A DNA stretch of 62,632 nt from Nitrosopumilaceae archaeon (GCA_033720715.1 JAWWBZ010000001.1:1-62632), one strand, 5' to 3'; shown: positions 34,989 to 44,567, numbered from the stretch's first letter. Program-made: numbers and translations. The notes: generated by a model from the sequence alone, not told the origin.

Positions 34989-36308
34989 TTGCCAATAGAT
35001 ACAGGTGATACAGCGTGGATGCTCGTAGCAGGAAGTTTAGTATTGTTAATGATACCTGCTTTGGGACTTTTTGAATCAGGGCTACTAAGAAAGAAAAATG
35101 CCGTATCTGTATTTATGCAAATTTTCTTTGGTTTAGCCTTACTTTCTGTAATGTGGTTTGTTTTTGGATTTAGCCTCGCATTTGGTCCAGATGAGACAGG
35201 TGGTTTGATGGGAAACCTGGATTGGGTGTTCCTAAAGGGAGTCCCTTGGGATGAAGCGCTAGACTATGCACCTACTATTCCAGGTGTATTATTTGTGAAA
35301 TTCCAATTGATGTTCGCAGCAATTACTCCACTTCTTTTGACGGGAACTATTGCAGAACGTATGAAATTTAGCTCATTTATTATATTTATTGCAACATGGT
35401 CGATCCTGATCTACTATCCACTAGTACATTGGGTCTGGGGAGGAGGCTGGTTAGCAGAATTAGGAGTTGTGGATTTTGCAGGAGGAATCGTAATACACAC
35501 AAGTGTAGGTATGGGAGCACTTGCTGCTGCCATAGTATTAGGGCGAAGAAGATTCTTTGGTCCAGCAATTGAAATTCCACATAGTATTCCTCTTGCTGTA
35601 GTAGGTTCATCTTTACTTTGGTTAGGATGGTTCGGATTTAATGCAGGAAGTGCTCTTGCATCAGGTTCATTAGCTGGAAATACCGTAATTGTAACTCATA
35701 TGGCGTCATCTGTTTCTGCATTAATCTGGGTAGGATTATCATGGATGAGATCTGGTAAACCTTCAGTCGTTGCTGCTGTCAACGGGGCAATTGCAGGGTT
35801 AGCAGGAATTACTCCAGCATCAGGATTTGTAAGTGTTGAACATTCATTTGTAATTGGCATAGCTATTGGTATTGCTTCATACTCTACATTGGTAATTTTC
35901 AAAGAAAAACTAAAGATAGACGACGCATTAGACGTAAGTTCTGTCCACGGAACTGCCGGTATTATAGGTTCGCTTGCAATTGGTATATTTGCAAGTACTG
36001 CAATTAATCCTGCAGGTCCAAACGGTTTACTATTTGGAAATCCAGATCAATTGGGAATTCAAGCGATTGGCGTAGGAGTTGCAGGTGCCTTAGGATTTGG
36101 TGGAACCTTCATAATTATGAAAGTCATTAACTTCCTTGTAGGGGTTCGAGTGTCGCCAGAAGTGGAGGATGCTGGACTAGACATAAGTGAACATGCAGAA
36201 CGGGCGTACGCAGATGAAGAAGAATTTAAACTTGAAATGGATGAATATGTAGAAGATCTTGAGAGAAAAGGTGGATTCTTCGGTGGACGGAAGAAAGATA
36301 ACAACTAA
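34989..36308 (+). CDS. amt: ammonium transporter, Amt family
   Basis: 439-aa ORF from TTG. DTGDTAWMLVAGSLVLLMIPALGLFESG, VDFAGGIVIHTSVG and FGFNAGS signatures, 11 TM pattern. Confidence 0.95.
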   Translation: MPIDTGDTAWMLVAGSLVLLMIPALGLFESGLLRKKNAVSVFMQIFFGLALLSVMWFVFGFSLAFGPDETGGLMGNLDWVFLKGVPWDEALDYAPTIPGVLFVKFQLMFAAITPLLLTGTIAERMKFSSFIIFIATWSILIYYPLVHWVWGGGWLAELGVVDFAGGIVIHTSVGMGALAAAIVLGRRRFFGPAIEIPHSIPLAVVGSSLLWLGWFGFNAGSALASGSLAGNTVIVTHMASSVSALIWVGLSWMRSGKPSVVAAVNGAIAGLAGITPASGFVSVEHSFVIGIAIGIASYSTLVIFKEKLKIDDALDVSSVHGTAGIIGSLAIGIFASTAINPAGPNGLLFGNPDQLGIQAIGVGVAGALGFGGTFIIMKVINFLVGVRVSPEVEDAGLDISEHAERAYADEEEFKLEMDEYVEDLERKGGFFGGRKKDNN

Positions 36309-36314
36309 AATTTT

Positions 36315-36860
36315 TTAATTTATAGTAATCTCAATTTCTTTTGAAGTATTCTTTATACTATCCGAGTCTATGTACTCATGTTTTTGCCAAGAGGCAAAAA
36401 CCTCTGCTCCTATCTTATGTTTCCCAGGCCCCAAATCTGAGGCTTTAATTAAGAATTTTTCATTGAAATCAAATAATTCTTGTCTCACTTCTTCTTCTGA
36501 TAAGCGAATAAATGGCTCAAAATTTTTTGCCACTTGAACCCAAATTCTCCTGTCTTTCATTGGATTAACTAATTTTGGATTTCTTGTCCAAAAAATGGAT
36601 GCTTTTCTGTAGGTGTCTATTGTTTTACCTAACTCTTTTTTTCTAAAACCACCTGAGAGAAGTTTAATTCCATATTTTAGCTTAAAAGATACATCGTTCT
36701 TGTTGTAGGCATCTGTCCATTTTTCCTCGGTGAATGAATCCCTGATATCTCCCTCAATTGAAAATTGGACCTGAATCTCAATAATATCTCCAGAAGAATA
36801 TTGATCTTTACCATTAACCAGTAAAATCTCTGATATTCTACTATTTCCCATCTCTATCAA
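36315..36860 (-). CDS. hypothetical protein
   Basis: 181-aa ORF with no recognisable motif. Good coding appearance and tight spacing to neighbours. Confidence 0.5.
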   Translation of the reverse strand: MIEMGNSRISEILLVNGKDQYSSGDIIEIQVQFSIEGDIRDSFTEEKWTDAYNKNDVSFKLKYGIKLLSGGFRKKELGKTIDTYRKASIFWTRNPKLVNPMKDRRIWVQVAKNFEPFIRLSEEEVRQELFDFNEKFLIKASDLGPGKHKIGAEVFASWQKHEYIDSDSIKNTSKEIEITIN

Positions 36861-36902
36861 TCATAAGGATTTATATCCACAATAAGTGCTTTTTCCGAAT
36901 AC

Positions 36903-37181
36903 ATGCATGCGCAAGTAGTAAGTTCAGAACCAAAAGAACTCAATATTTCCATTAAGGATACCGATATAGGAATATTGTATATTATCCAACATGAACTTTT
37001 AAAGAATTCAAAAATTGACTTTGCAGGCGTTATTGTAAAACACCCACTTACTAATGAATGCTGGATGAGAGTAAATTCAAATGGAAAACCACTTCAAGAA
37101 ATTAAAAACGCAACTCAAACTGCAGAAAAAACTGCTGAAGAACTTAAAAAATTATTCAATTCAACATTAAAGGGAAATTAA
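36903..37181 (+). CDS. rpoL: DNA-directed RNA polymerase subunit L (Rpb11 homologue)
   Basis: 92-aa ORF. DIGILYIIQHELLKNSKIDFAGVIVKHPL matches the RpoL/Rpb11 dimerisation-domain pattern. Confidence 0.8.
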   Translation: MHAQVVSSEPKELNISIKDTDIGILYIIQHELLKNSKIDFAGVIVKHPLTNECWMRVNSNGKPLQEIKNATQTAEKTAEELKKLFNSTLKGN

Positions 37182-37496
37182 ATGAAATTTTGCCCCAAAT
37201 GTGAGGTCAAATTAAAAAAAGACGGGTCTGACTTCAAATGTTCTAAATGTGGTTATGTAGAAGGTGGAGCATCTTCTCAACCAAAAAAAACTGTTCAAGA
37301 AGAATCAACAGAAGCATTCAATGTTTTTGCAGAAAATGAAGGAGAGGAAGCATTACCAACTATAGAAATTGAGTGTGAAAACTGTGGAAATAACGAAGCT
37401 GTTTGGTGGATGTTACAAACTAGAAGTGCGGATGAACCAACAACACAATTTTACAGATGTACAAAATGTAAAAACACTTGGCGTAATTACGCATAA
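37182..37496 (+). CDS. tfs: transcription factor S (TFIIS-like cleavage factor / RpoM-like)
   Basis: 104-aa ORF. N-terminal Zn ribbon CPKC...CSKC. C-terminal TFIIS ribbon CENCG...QTRSADEPTTQFYRCTKC. Confidence 0.85.
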   Translation: MKFCPKCEVKLKKDGSDFKCSKCGYVEGGASSQPKKTVQEESTEAFNVFAENEGEEALPTIEIECENCGNNEAVWWMLQTRSADEPTTQFYRCTKCKNTWRNYA

Positions 37497-37531
37497 CGTT
37501 TAACTTGAACTTATAGCACCTGAAAATCAGT

Positions 37532-38278
37532 TTGACTTTTAGCGCAAAAACTAGTGGGTCTGATGATCTTAAAGCAATTATTTCAGCTATTTCCACACTT
37601 GTAGAAGAAGCAACTTTTGTTGCATCTTCAGAAGGGATCACATTTAGAGGGATGGATCCATCTCATGTTGCTTTAATCGATATTTCATGGCCAAACTCAG
37701 CTTTTGAAAAATACGAATGTGACAGTGATATTAAATTTGGGGTGAGAATTGATGAGTTCTCTAAACTAATCAAAAGAGCAGAAAAAAAAGATAGTATTGA
37801 AATTAGCATATCAGAACAAAATTTACTCCTTGTAACTATTGGAAAAAATAAAAAATACAAAATGCGACTTATTGAAAGCTCTGCTACTGATACGCCTTTA
37901 CCAAAGATTCCTTATAATTCTAAAATTACATTATCTTCCTCCTTGTTTGACAGAATTTTGGGGGATGTCCAAGTTGTCTCAGATTACCTTACCATGCATA
38001 CATCTGATTCTAACGCAGATTTTTCAGGAAAGGGAGATTCAGGAGAAGTTGTCATTGACCTAGAAAAAGAATCTGAGGAAATTGCAGAGATTACATCAAC
38101 GGAAGACAGCACAGGAACTTATAGCCTCGAATATCTTAATCCTGTAGTCAAAGCTGTAGGCTCAACTGCAGGAAACGTAACATGTGAATTTTCAACGGCT
38201 AAACCTCTTAGAATAGAATTCAAAGTTGCAAATATTGGAAGAATCCACTTTTATCTGGCGCCAAGAGTAGAAAGTTAA
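37532..38278 (+). CDS. pcn: DNA polymerase sliding clamp (PCNA)
   Basis: 248-aa ORF from TTG with two-domain PCNA pattern (LVEEATFVASSEGITFRGMDPSHVALIDI...). Confidence 0.85.
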   Translation: MTFSAKTSGSDDLKAIISAISTLVEEATFVASSEGITFRGMDPSHVALIDISWPNSAFEKYECDSDIKFGVRIDEFSKLIKRAEKKDSIEISISEQNLLLVTIGKNKKYKMRLIESSATDTPLPKIPYNSKITLSSSLFDRILGDVQVVSDYLTMHTSDSNADFSGKGDSGEVVIDLEKESEEIAEITSTEDSTGTYSLEYLNPVVKAVGSTAGNVTCEFSTAKPLRIEFKVANIGRIHFYLAPRVES

Positions 38279-38313
38279 AGCATTTAAAGATAAAACAATT
38301 CAGGTATTTTGAA

Positions 38314-39717
38314 TTGAAAATTGTACTAAAGTATGGTGGGACTTCCATCTCCACTCCTAAGGATATTCAAAATGTAGCAAAGCACATTAAATCATTATCA
38401 AATCAAAACCAACTTGCAATAGTTTGTTCTGCAATAAGTGACACTACAGATGATCTAATCGAAATATCTCAATCGATTAAAAAGGAGAATAAGAAAAAAG
38501 CAGAATTATTAGCAAAAAATATTGCAAATAGACACCAACAACTTGCAAAACAAACCATAAAAAAATCTCAAATAAGAAAAAAACTTTTACAAACATTTAA
38601 CGAATATTTTGATGAATTAAATGCATTAATTGATGGAATGGTCCTACTTGGGGAAGTAACTCCTAGATCCATGGATTATCTTTTTTCATTTGGTGAACGT
38701 CTTTCCATTCAGATAATTTCGGCTGCTATTAATGACATTGGAAAAAAATCTCTTGCTCTAACCGGAAAGGAGGTAGGAATTGTAACTGACTCTAATTTTG
38801 GTAGCTCAAAGCCGTTAATGGATACTACAAGACTCCGAGTATCTAGAACACTGGATCCTCTAGTAGGCAAAAAAATAATTCCTGTAATTGGTGGATTTGT
38901 GGGAGCTGACCAACATGGTCATATTACAACATTTGGCAGAGGAGGCTCGGATTATTCAGCTACCATAATAGGATCTTGCATCAAAGCTGACGAAATATGG
39001 CTAATGAGTGATGTTGATGGACTGATGACTGCAGACCCAAAGATTGTAAAAAATGCAAAAGTTCTACCTGAAGTTTCATACATTGAGGCAATTGAGATGG
39101 CAATGTTTGGAGCAAAGCAAATTCATCCTAGAACATTTGAACCACTGTTGTCCAAAAAAACTCCAATGAGAATACGTAGTTCATTTAATGTTAAAAATGA
39201 AGGAACATTAGTCACTTCCTCCCCATCAGCTTCAGCAAAAAATACAGTAAAGTGTGTAAGTAGTGTATCACAAAATGGGTTAATCGATATACGTGGAGGA
39301 AGTATGATTGGTACACCAGGAACCGCAGCAAAAATTTTTGCAACCTTGGCAGATGCAAGCATAAATGTAATGATGATCTCTCAAAACCCCTCTGAATCAA
39401 GCATAACAATTGTAGTTAAAAACACAGACCTTGACAAAGCAGTAAACACTTTGGAGTTAGAACTATTGGGAAAAATAATCAAAAAACTCGAGGTAACTAC
39501 CAATATGGCAATAATTGCATTAATAGGTTCAGGAATGAGAGGAACAGTTGGAGTTGCATCCAAAGTTTTTAGTTCAATGGCAAAAAACAAGGTAAACGTT
39601 TCAATGATAACTCAAGGTTCATCCGAACTTAACCTAGCTTTTGTCGTAAAAAATTCTGACACAAAGGCTGCAGTTAATGCCCTACATGATGAATTTGAGT
39701 TATCGCAAATCAACTAA
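38314..39717 (+). CDS. lysC: aspartate kinase with C-terminal ACT domains
   Basis: 467-aa ORF from TTG. KYGGTS N-terminal motif, amino-acid-kinase fold, and two ACT-like repeats (AKIFATLADASINVMMISQ, SKVFSSMAKNKVNVSMITQ). Confidence 0.9.
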   Translation: MKIVLKYGGTSISTPKDIQNVAKHIKSLSNQNQLAIVCSAISDTTDDLIEISQSIKKENKKKAELLAKNIANRHQQLAKQTIKKSQIRKKLLQTFNEYFDELNALIDGMVLLGEVTPRSMDYLFSFGERLSIQIISAAINDIGKKSLALTGKEVGIVTDSNFGSSKPLMDTTRLRVSRTLDPLVGKKIIPVIGGFVGADQHGHITTFGRGGSDYSATIIGSCIKADEIWLMSDVDGLMTADPKIVKNAKVLPEVSYIEAIEMAMFGAKQIHPRTFEPLLSKKTPMRIRSSFNVKNEGTLVTSSPSASAKNTVKCVSSVSQNGLIDIRGGSMIGTPGTAAKIFATLADASINVMMISQNPSESSITIVVKNTDLDKAVNTLELELLGKIIKKLEVTTNMAIIALIGSGMRGTVGVASKVFSSMAKNKVNVSMITQGSSELNLAFVVKNSDTKAAVNALHDEFELSQIN

Positions 39718-39750
39718 AATAATTTAAGGGAACAAAAACAGAGAACCTCA

Positions 39751-41211
39751 TTGAATAAGATTATTTTTGTAATTATTATTGGAGTTATAGTTGGGGCAAT
39801 TTTTTCTATCTCTTCAATTTCTGATCAATTTGTTGATGCAAATTCTAGAAAAAAAATTCATTTTACACAAACAATTACGTCTACCCAAGATCCTGGTCAA
39901 GGACATGAAGGACACCAACTAGCAATCATATTGCTACCTAGCGAGGGAACCATCTACGATGGTTCATTAACATATACAGCAAGTGAACAAGTACAAGTTG
40001 TAGTTTTGCATGAAATTTCAGTAAATGATTCCAAAGGACAACCAATATGGACTATTGATGGAGATAAAATATACGGTCTTACTCTAATTGATTCAGGAAA
40101 TTCAAACTCTTTTGAATTTACTGGAGCTGCCTTGGCTCTTCATTCTCCAAATTCCAAGGAATTTACTGCTACAGTCAGTGTTGATGGGTGGATAAGAGGA
40201 CAACCAACAGAACTAGTCTTTCAACAATTGGAAATCAAAAGAGAAGAACCCACCTTATCACTATTGAAATCAAATGTTCCCGCAGTTATCCCAATGCAGA
40301 AAGGAATTTACAATTCGACTTCTCTTTATTATATAATTACTGACGCAAGTGACAAAGCATTAGCAGAAAAAATAACTGAAAAACAAAATTGGAAGGTAGA
40401 ATTAGCACCTCCATTGAGCAATGCTCCAGAAAATGCAACTCAACAAATTTTTGTTTTTACCAATGGAGTAAGCGGTGATGGAATCTATGGTTTCCAAGAT
40501 GAAGTCTTTTCCAATACCCCTAATCAAGAATCAGAATATAGCGCATTGGGTAAAGTTGTAGAAGTTACATGGAAAAAAGGACAAAAAATATCAATACTAG
40601 AGTCAGCTGAGGAAATACTAGAGGCTCATAAAGGAAGTAGACTTGAATTTAATGAATCTCAAATTGTAATTAATGCTCCTCAAATAAAGTGGGAAGGTGG
40701 ACAAATGACGGTACGGAGCAATTCAGAGATTTCCGTTGATTCCCTATATACTGGAGGACAAATCACAGAAATTAATGAAGAAGAGATGACTGTCACCTTT
40801 ATTGCCCATAGAGGATGGGGTCCTGATGGCAAAACTATCTACTATATTGTCACAGATGCATCTCCTCGTGGTCCAGCAGAATTGATGGGTGTTATCTTTT
40901 CACCTACTTCTGCAGAACTAATTGCAAATTCCGCCGCTGTAGACTTGTTCCAGTTTAAAAATGGCATTAAAGGTTCAGGACCAATGGGATATCAACCGGG
41001 AATTGCGGCTGCTGCACCTGGGGATGAAAACTATAGTCCAATGTGGAGAATCTATAATGTAGAATGGAATGATCCAAAAGATGCGAAACTTTTGGAAACT
41101 AGGTTTGATATAGATTCTGCAAGTGAAGAAGATCTTTTGATTGCAAGCATTGCCCGTCCCTTAAATGAAGATCATATAGTCAATTGCCCCTTCATAGATC
41201 CGTTCCAATAA
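39751..41211 (+). CDS. secreted or anchored hypothetical protein with an internally duplicated domain
   Basis: 486-aa ORF from TTG with an N-terminal TM. Two homologous segments share YYI(I/V)TDAS ... F(V/Q)F(T/K)NG(V/I)xGxG..G(F/Y)Q ... YS......V(T/E)W. Confidence 0.6.
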   Translation: MNKIIFVIIIGVIVGAIFSISSISDQFVDANSRKKIHFTQTITSTQDPGQGHEGHQLAIILLPSEGTIYDGSLTYTASEQVQVVVLHEISVNDSKGQPIWTIDGDKIYGLTLIDSGNSNSFEFTGAALALHSPNSKEFTATVSVDGWIRGQPTELVFQQLEIKREEPTLSLLKSNVPAVIPMQKGIYNSTSLYYIITDASDKALAEKITEKQNWKVELAPPLSNAPENATQQIFVFTNGVSGDGIYGFQDEVFSNTPNQESEYSALGKVVEVTWKKGQKISILESAEEILEAHKGSRLEFNESQIVINAPQIKWEGGQMTVRSNSEISVDSLYTGGQITEINEEEMTVTFIAHRGWGPDGKTIYYIVTDASPRGPAELMGVIFSPTSAELIANSAAVDLFQFKNGIKGSGPMGYQPGIAAAAPGDENYSPMWRIYNVEWNDPKDAKLLETRFDIDSASEEDLLIASIARPLNEDHIVNCPFIDPFQ

Positions 41212-41262
41212 AACTTGGATCTCTAAAGGGATAAATTACTTGAAAAATGTTTTAGTGTAAAA

Positions 41263-42057
41263 TTGACTGGTAAGCTGTACATTGTAGGTGTTGGACCTGG
41301 CCATCATGATCATATGACCTTCCGAGCTAAACAAGTAATAGATGAAAGCGATACAATTGTAGGATATGAAACCTATGTAAATTTGGTAGCAGATCTTATA
41401 GAAGGAAAAGAAGTTCATCGGTATGCTATGACCCAAGAAGTTGAACGCGCTCACCAATGCATCGACCTTGCCAAATCTGGAAAAATAGTTTCTCTTGTTT
41501 CAAGCGGTGATCCTGGAATTTATGGAATGGCTGGTTTGATTTATGAAACTCTTGCAGAATCAGGTTGGAATCCCAAAGATGATTTACCAGTAGAAATTGT
41601 TCCAGGGGTTTCTGCATTGAATTCTTGTGCATCAATCATTGGTTCACCTCTAATGACAGATTTTGCCGTTGTAAGTATGAGTGATTTGTTAGTTCCTTGG
41701 GAAATTATTCAAAAAAGAGTAGAGGCAGCAGCTCAAGGAGATTTTGTCATTGTCATTTACAATCCAGCAAGTAAAAAGAGAATACATCAACTTCAAGATA
41801 CTCGTAAAATTCTACTAAAATATAGAAAAGCTTCTACACCTGTTGCCATTATTAAAGGAGCATTTAGAAATTCCCAATCAATAGTTATTACAAACTTGGA
41901 AGAGCTTCCAAATTACTCTGATAAACTAGGAATGATTAGTACAGTAATTGTAGGAAACTCATCCACTTATAATTACCAAGACCTTATGATTAATCCTAGG
42001 GGATACAAATCCAAATACAATCTAGAGGAACAAACCAATCCTAAACTTAAAGTCTAA
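41263..42057 (+). CDS. cbiH: precorrin-3B / cobalt-factor III C17-methyltransferase
   Basis: 264-aa ORF from TTG with tetrapyrrole methylase motifs LYIVGVGPG and SSGDPGIYGMAG. Confidence 0.85.
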   Translation: MTGKLYIVGVGPGHHDHMTFRAKQVIDESDTIVGYETYVNLVADLIEGKEVHRYAMTQEVERAHQCIDLAKSGKIVSLVSSGDPGIYGMAGLIYETLAESGWNPKDDLPVEIVPGVSALNSCASIIGSPLMTDFAVVSMSDLLVPWEIIQKRVEAAAQGDFVIVIYNPASKKRIHQLQDTRKILLKYRKASTPVAIIKGAFRNSQSIVITNLEELPNYSDKLGMISTVIVGNSSTYNYQDLMINPRGYKSKYNLEEQTNPKLKV

Positions 42058-43100
42058 TAGCTTTTCTTTATAGCTCCAAACAATTCATCATCCAGTTTTA
42101 GGTTGTCACGAATTGGAGAAACTATTTTTACTAAATAATTTCCAACTGTCTGTTTTAGATCCGTTGGGTGAAGCTTCTTTTGAGCAAAATCTAATTCAAG
42201 AGAATTGTAATCAACATAATCGACGTTGCCACCAAATTTCTCAGGCCTTTCTACCTTAATCTCTTTAAACTCATGTAAAATCACATTTTTTGATATTTCC
42301 AATAAAGGATTGTTTTCAATATTTGCTTCCTCACACCAGGCTTTATTGATCTTATTTCTTATTTCATCATCAGTATTATGAATAAAAATACCAGAATTTG
42401 GATCAGATTTACTCATTTTTCCAAGAACCTGCGAGTCTTCGGTTTTAGCAGGTTTTGAAAGTCCTGGTAATAGTTTGTGATGAACAGCTACTGGAACTTT
42501 CCAATTCATTTTTGGAAAAATTTCTCTAACTAGCATGTGTATTTTTCTTTGATCCATACCCGCATGGACAATATCTAAATCAAGTGAATGAATATCAACG
42601 GCTTGCATTGGAGGATATAGTAGTTTTGCCAAATCTATTTTTGATTCATCTTCAGACCTTCCCATTATTGTTAAAGTTCTCATGGTCCTCTTTAATGACA
42701 TATGTTTTGTAAATTTCATAAATTCTTTCCAGTATTCTTTTCTGGAATCATAAAGATCGGATCCTAATACAATTTTTGCCTGAGGACACACAAGTTTGAA
42801 AGCATCAGAATAATATTTTGAAACTTTGGTTATTGTATCCCAATCTCCACCTAGCTTATCATTAATCATTGTGTGCCAATCAGCAAGAAAAATTGTACAA
42901 TCCACACCAGCTTTAATAAAATCATTAATTTTGAAACCAGTGCTGATTAAACTCCCTAAATGTAAAAATCCGGAAATTTCAAGACCAATATAGTGATTGG
43001 GAGATGAATTTGTTTGGAAAAGTTCGATTAGCTCTTCATGGGTAACAACTTCTTCTGTTGGAGATCTTTCTACTAGTTCAATTTTTTCTTTAATGTCCAA
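42054..43100 (-). CDS. tyrS: tyrosine--tRNA ligase (archaeal type)
   Basis: 348-aa ORF. HIGH-like GFLHLG, KMSKS, and strong resemblance to archaeal TyrRS blocks (GMDQRKIHML, RPEKFGG, LHPTDLK). Confidence 0.88.
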   Translation of the reverse strand: MDIKEKIELVERSPTEEVVTHEELIELFQTNSSPNHYIGLEISGFLHLGSLISTGFKINDFIKAGVDCTIFLADWHTMINDKLGGDWDTITKVSKYYSDAFKLVCPQAKIVLGSDLYDSRKEYWKEFMKFTKHMSLKRTMRTLTIMGRSEDESKIDLAKLLYPPMQAVDIHSLDLDIVHAGMDQRKIHMLVREIFPKMNWKVPVAVHHKLLPGLSKPAKTEDSQVLGKMSKSDPNSGIFIHNTDDEIRNKINKAWCEEANIENNPLLEISKNVILHEFKEIKVERPEKFGGNVDYVDYNSLELDFAQKKLHPTDLKQTVGNYLVKIVSPIRDNLKLDDELFGAIKKSY

Positions 43101-43181
43101 ACCAAAACAACTTCAAAATAGTAACCCTATAAAGATTCTGAACTTAATTGAAAATCTAGAAATTTCCCTAGAAACTGGAAT

Positions 43182-43370
43182 TCATTTACAATTTTTCTTA
43201 TGTTTTCTTAACTCTTCGGTAAGATCAAATTCCTGGCCACAAACTCTACACTTTTCTTTCTTTTTGTTGTGTGCTTTTTCTTGATGTCTTTTGAGCTTTT
43301 CTAGGTCAGGGAGTACAGTTCCGCACTTTTTACATTTTGTTTCATTTTTACTAGATCCAAAAAGACCCAT
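43182..43370 (-). CDS. small protein with two classical zinc fingers (C2H2 + C2HC)
   Basis: 62-aa ORF with CKKCGTVLPDLEKLKRHQEKAH and CRVCGQEFDLTEELRKHKKNC. Confidence 0.65.
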   Translation of the reverse strand: MGLFGSSKNETKCKKCGTVLPDLEKLKRHQEKAHNKKKEKCRVCGQEFDLTEELRKHKKNCK

Positions 43371-43422
43371 CTTGAACTATTTTAGCACAAAAGTAGTTTA
43401 ACCTTTTGAAAAATTATTAAAA

Positions 43423-44007
43423 CTAGGTTTCTGTATCCAAACTCTTTCTGGGTCTTGTGCTCAAATAAAATGCATGGGCGCTAATGATAAAACAAGCCAA
43501 AAAAACCTTCGTAGCGAACACCAGATTCCAAGGTCGCTCAGGATCTGGATAAGCTACAGAAAGCCGATCGATGTCAGGAACCTGGCCATCTATTACTCCT
43601 GCTGTAATCATTGCATTTAGGACTGTAAAATTGTATAATACTTCATACAAAGTAATTATGGCAAACCCTAACAACATTAATTGTAACAATGACATTCTCC
43701 ATCCAATAATTTTATTTCCAGCAGTTTTTTTCCAACCAATTCTTGAAACACAATACCATCCAATAATTGTAGAAAAGAAAATCCATGTTGAAACTCGTGC
43801 AAAATTTTCAAAAGGAATTACGGTGTTATGGATAGCTTCTCCCATAACATAAGTTCCATTTTCCATCCATTCAATCGTTGTTACATATACTCCAAAGACC
43901 ATAGAAGCTCCCATGATGAAAGCACAAACATAGAAAATATACAAGAAAATTTTGTAAGCCCTATCAGATTCTTGAAGATGCCGCTGAGTCATTATGCGTT
44001 TGCCCAT
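43423..44007 (-). CDS. hypothetical integral membrane protein (about 5 TM)
   Basis: 194-aa ORF with multiple hydrophobic helices. Confidence 0.55.
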   Translation of the reverse strand: MGKRIMTQRHLQESDRAYKIFLYIFYVCAFIMGASMVFGVYVTTIEWMENGTYVMGEAIHNTVIPFENFARVSTWIFFSTIIGWYCVSRIGWKKTAGNKIIGWRMSLLQLMLLGFAIITLYEVLYNFTVLNAMITAGVIDGQVPDIDRLSVAYPDPERPWNLVFATKVFLACFIISAHAFYLSTRPRKSLDTET

Positions 44008-44090
44008 TTTTTAAATATAAAAATTCATAGGAAATCTAATTAATTGAAAACCTAGTTAAGGAGTAAATTTATTGAAATTCATGCCTAAAG

Positions 44091-44567
44091 GTGAAGGTGA
44101 TGAATAGTTTAGAAAATTTATTGGGAGAAATTTGCAAAGTTGTCCTTCCTATTCCTGAAGAAACCTATAAGGGAAATTCTAATTCTCACATTGCAATATG
44201 TACCCTTTCAAGTATGGACCTATTAAAAAAATTCAGGAATCCTGAAATATTAAAAAATGTCTCAATGGTAGGAAGACTTCTTTCTGAAAATAAAGGAATT
44301 GACGCTATTCTTCAATACCTAAATCAAAATAAAAAGATCAAAACCCTAATTGTATGTGGTAAAGATGTTTGGGGACATAAAGCAGGACACTCTTTGATAA
44401 AATTATACGAAAATGGTGTTGATACAAATGGAAGGATAATCGATTCATCAAGTCCAGATCCTTTTCTAAACGTTCCTAAAACACAAATTGAATACTTTAG
44501 AAAAGAAGTAAACCTGATAAATATGATTAATGAAACAAATTTTGAGAAAATTAAAAAACTAATCTAA
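44091..44567 (+). CDS. MtrA-like cobamide-binding domain protein (soluble; no C-terminal TM helix)
   Basis: 158-aa ORF. GRLLSENKGIDAILQYLNQNKKIKTLIVCGKDVWGHKAGHSLIKLYENGVD aligns by eye with the methanogen MtrA segment ...TENLGIEKVV...IRYLLVTGSEVKGHITGQS...HANGV, including the cobalt-ligand His context. Start is GTG 44091 or ATG 44100. Confidence 0.7.
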   Translation: MKVMNSLENLLGEICKVVLPIPEETYKGNSNSHIAICTLSSMDLLKKFRNPEILKNVSMVGRLLSENKGIDAILQYLNQNKKIKTLIVCGKDVWGHKAGHSLIKLYENGVDTNGRIIDSSSPDPFLNVPKTQIEYFRKEVNLINMINETNFEKIKKLI

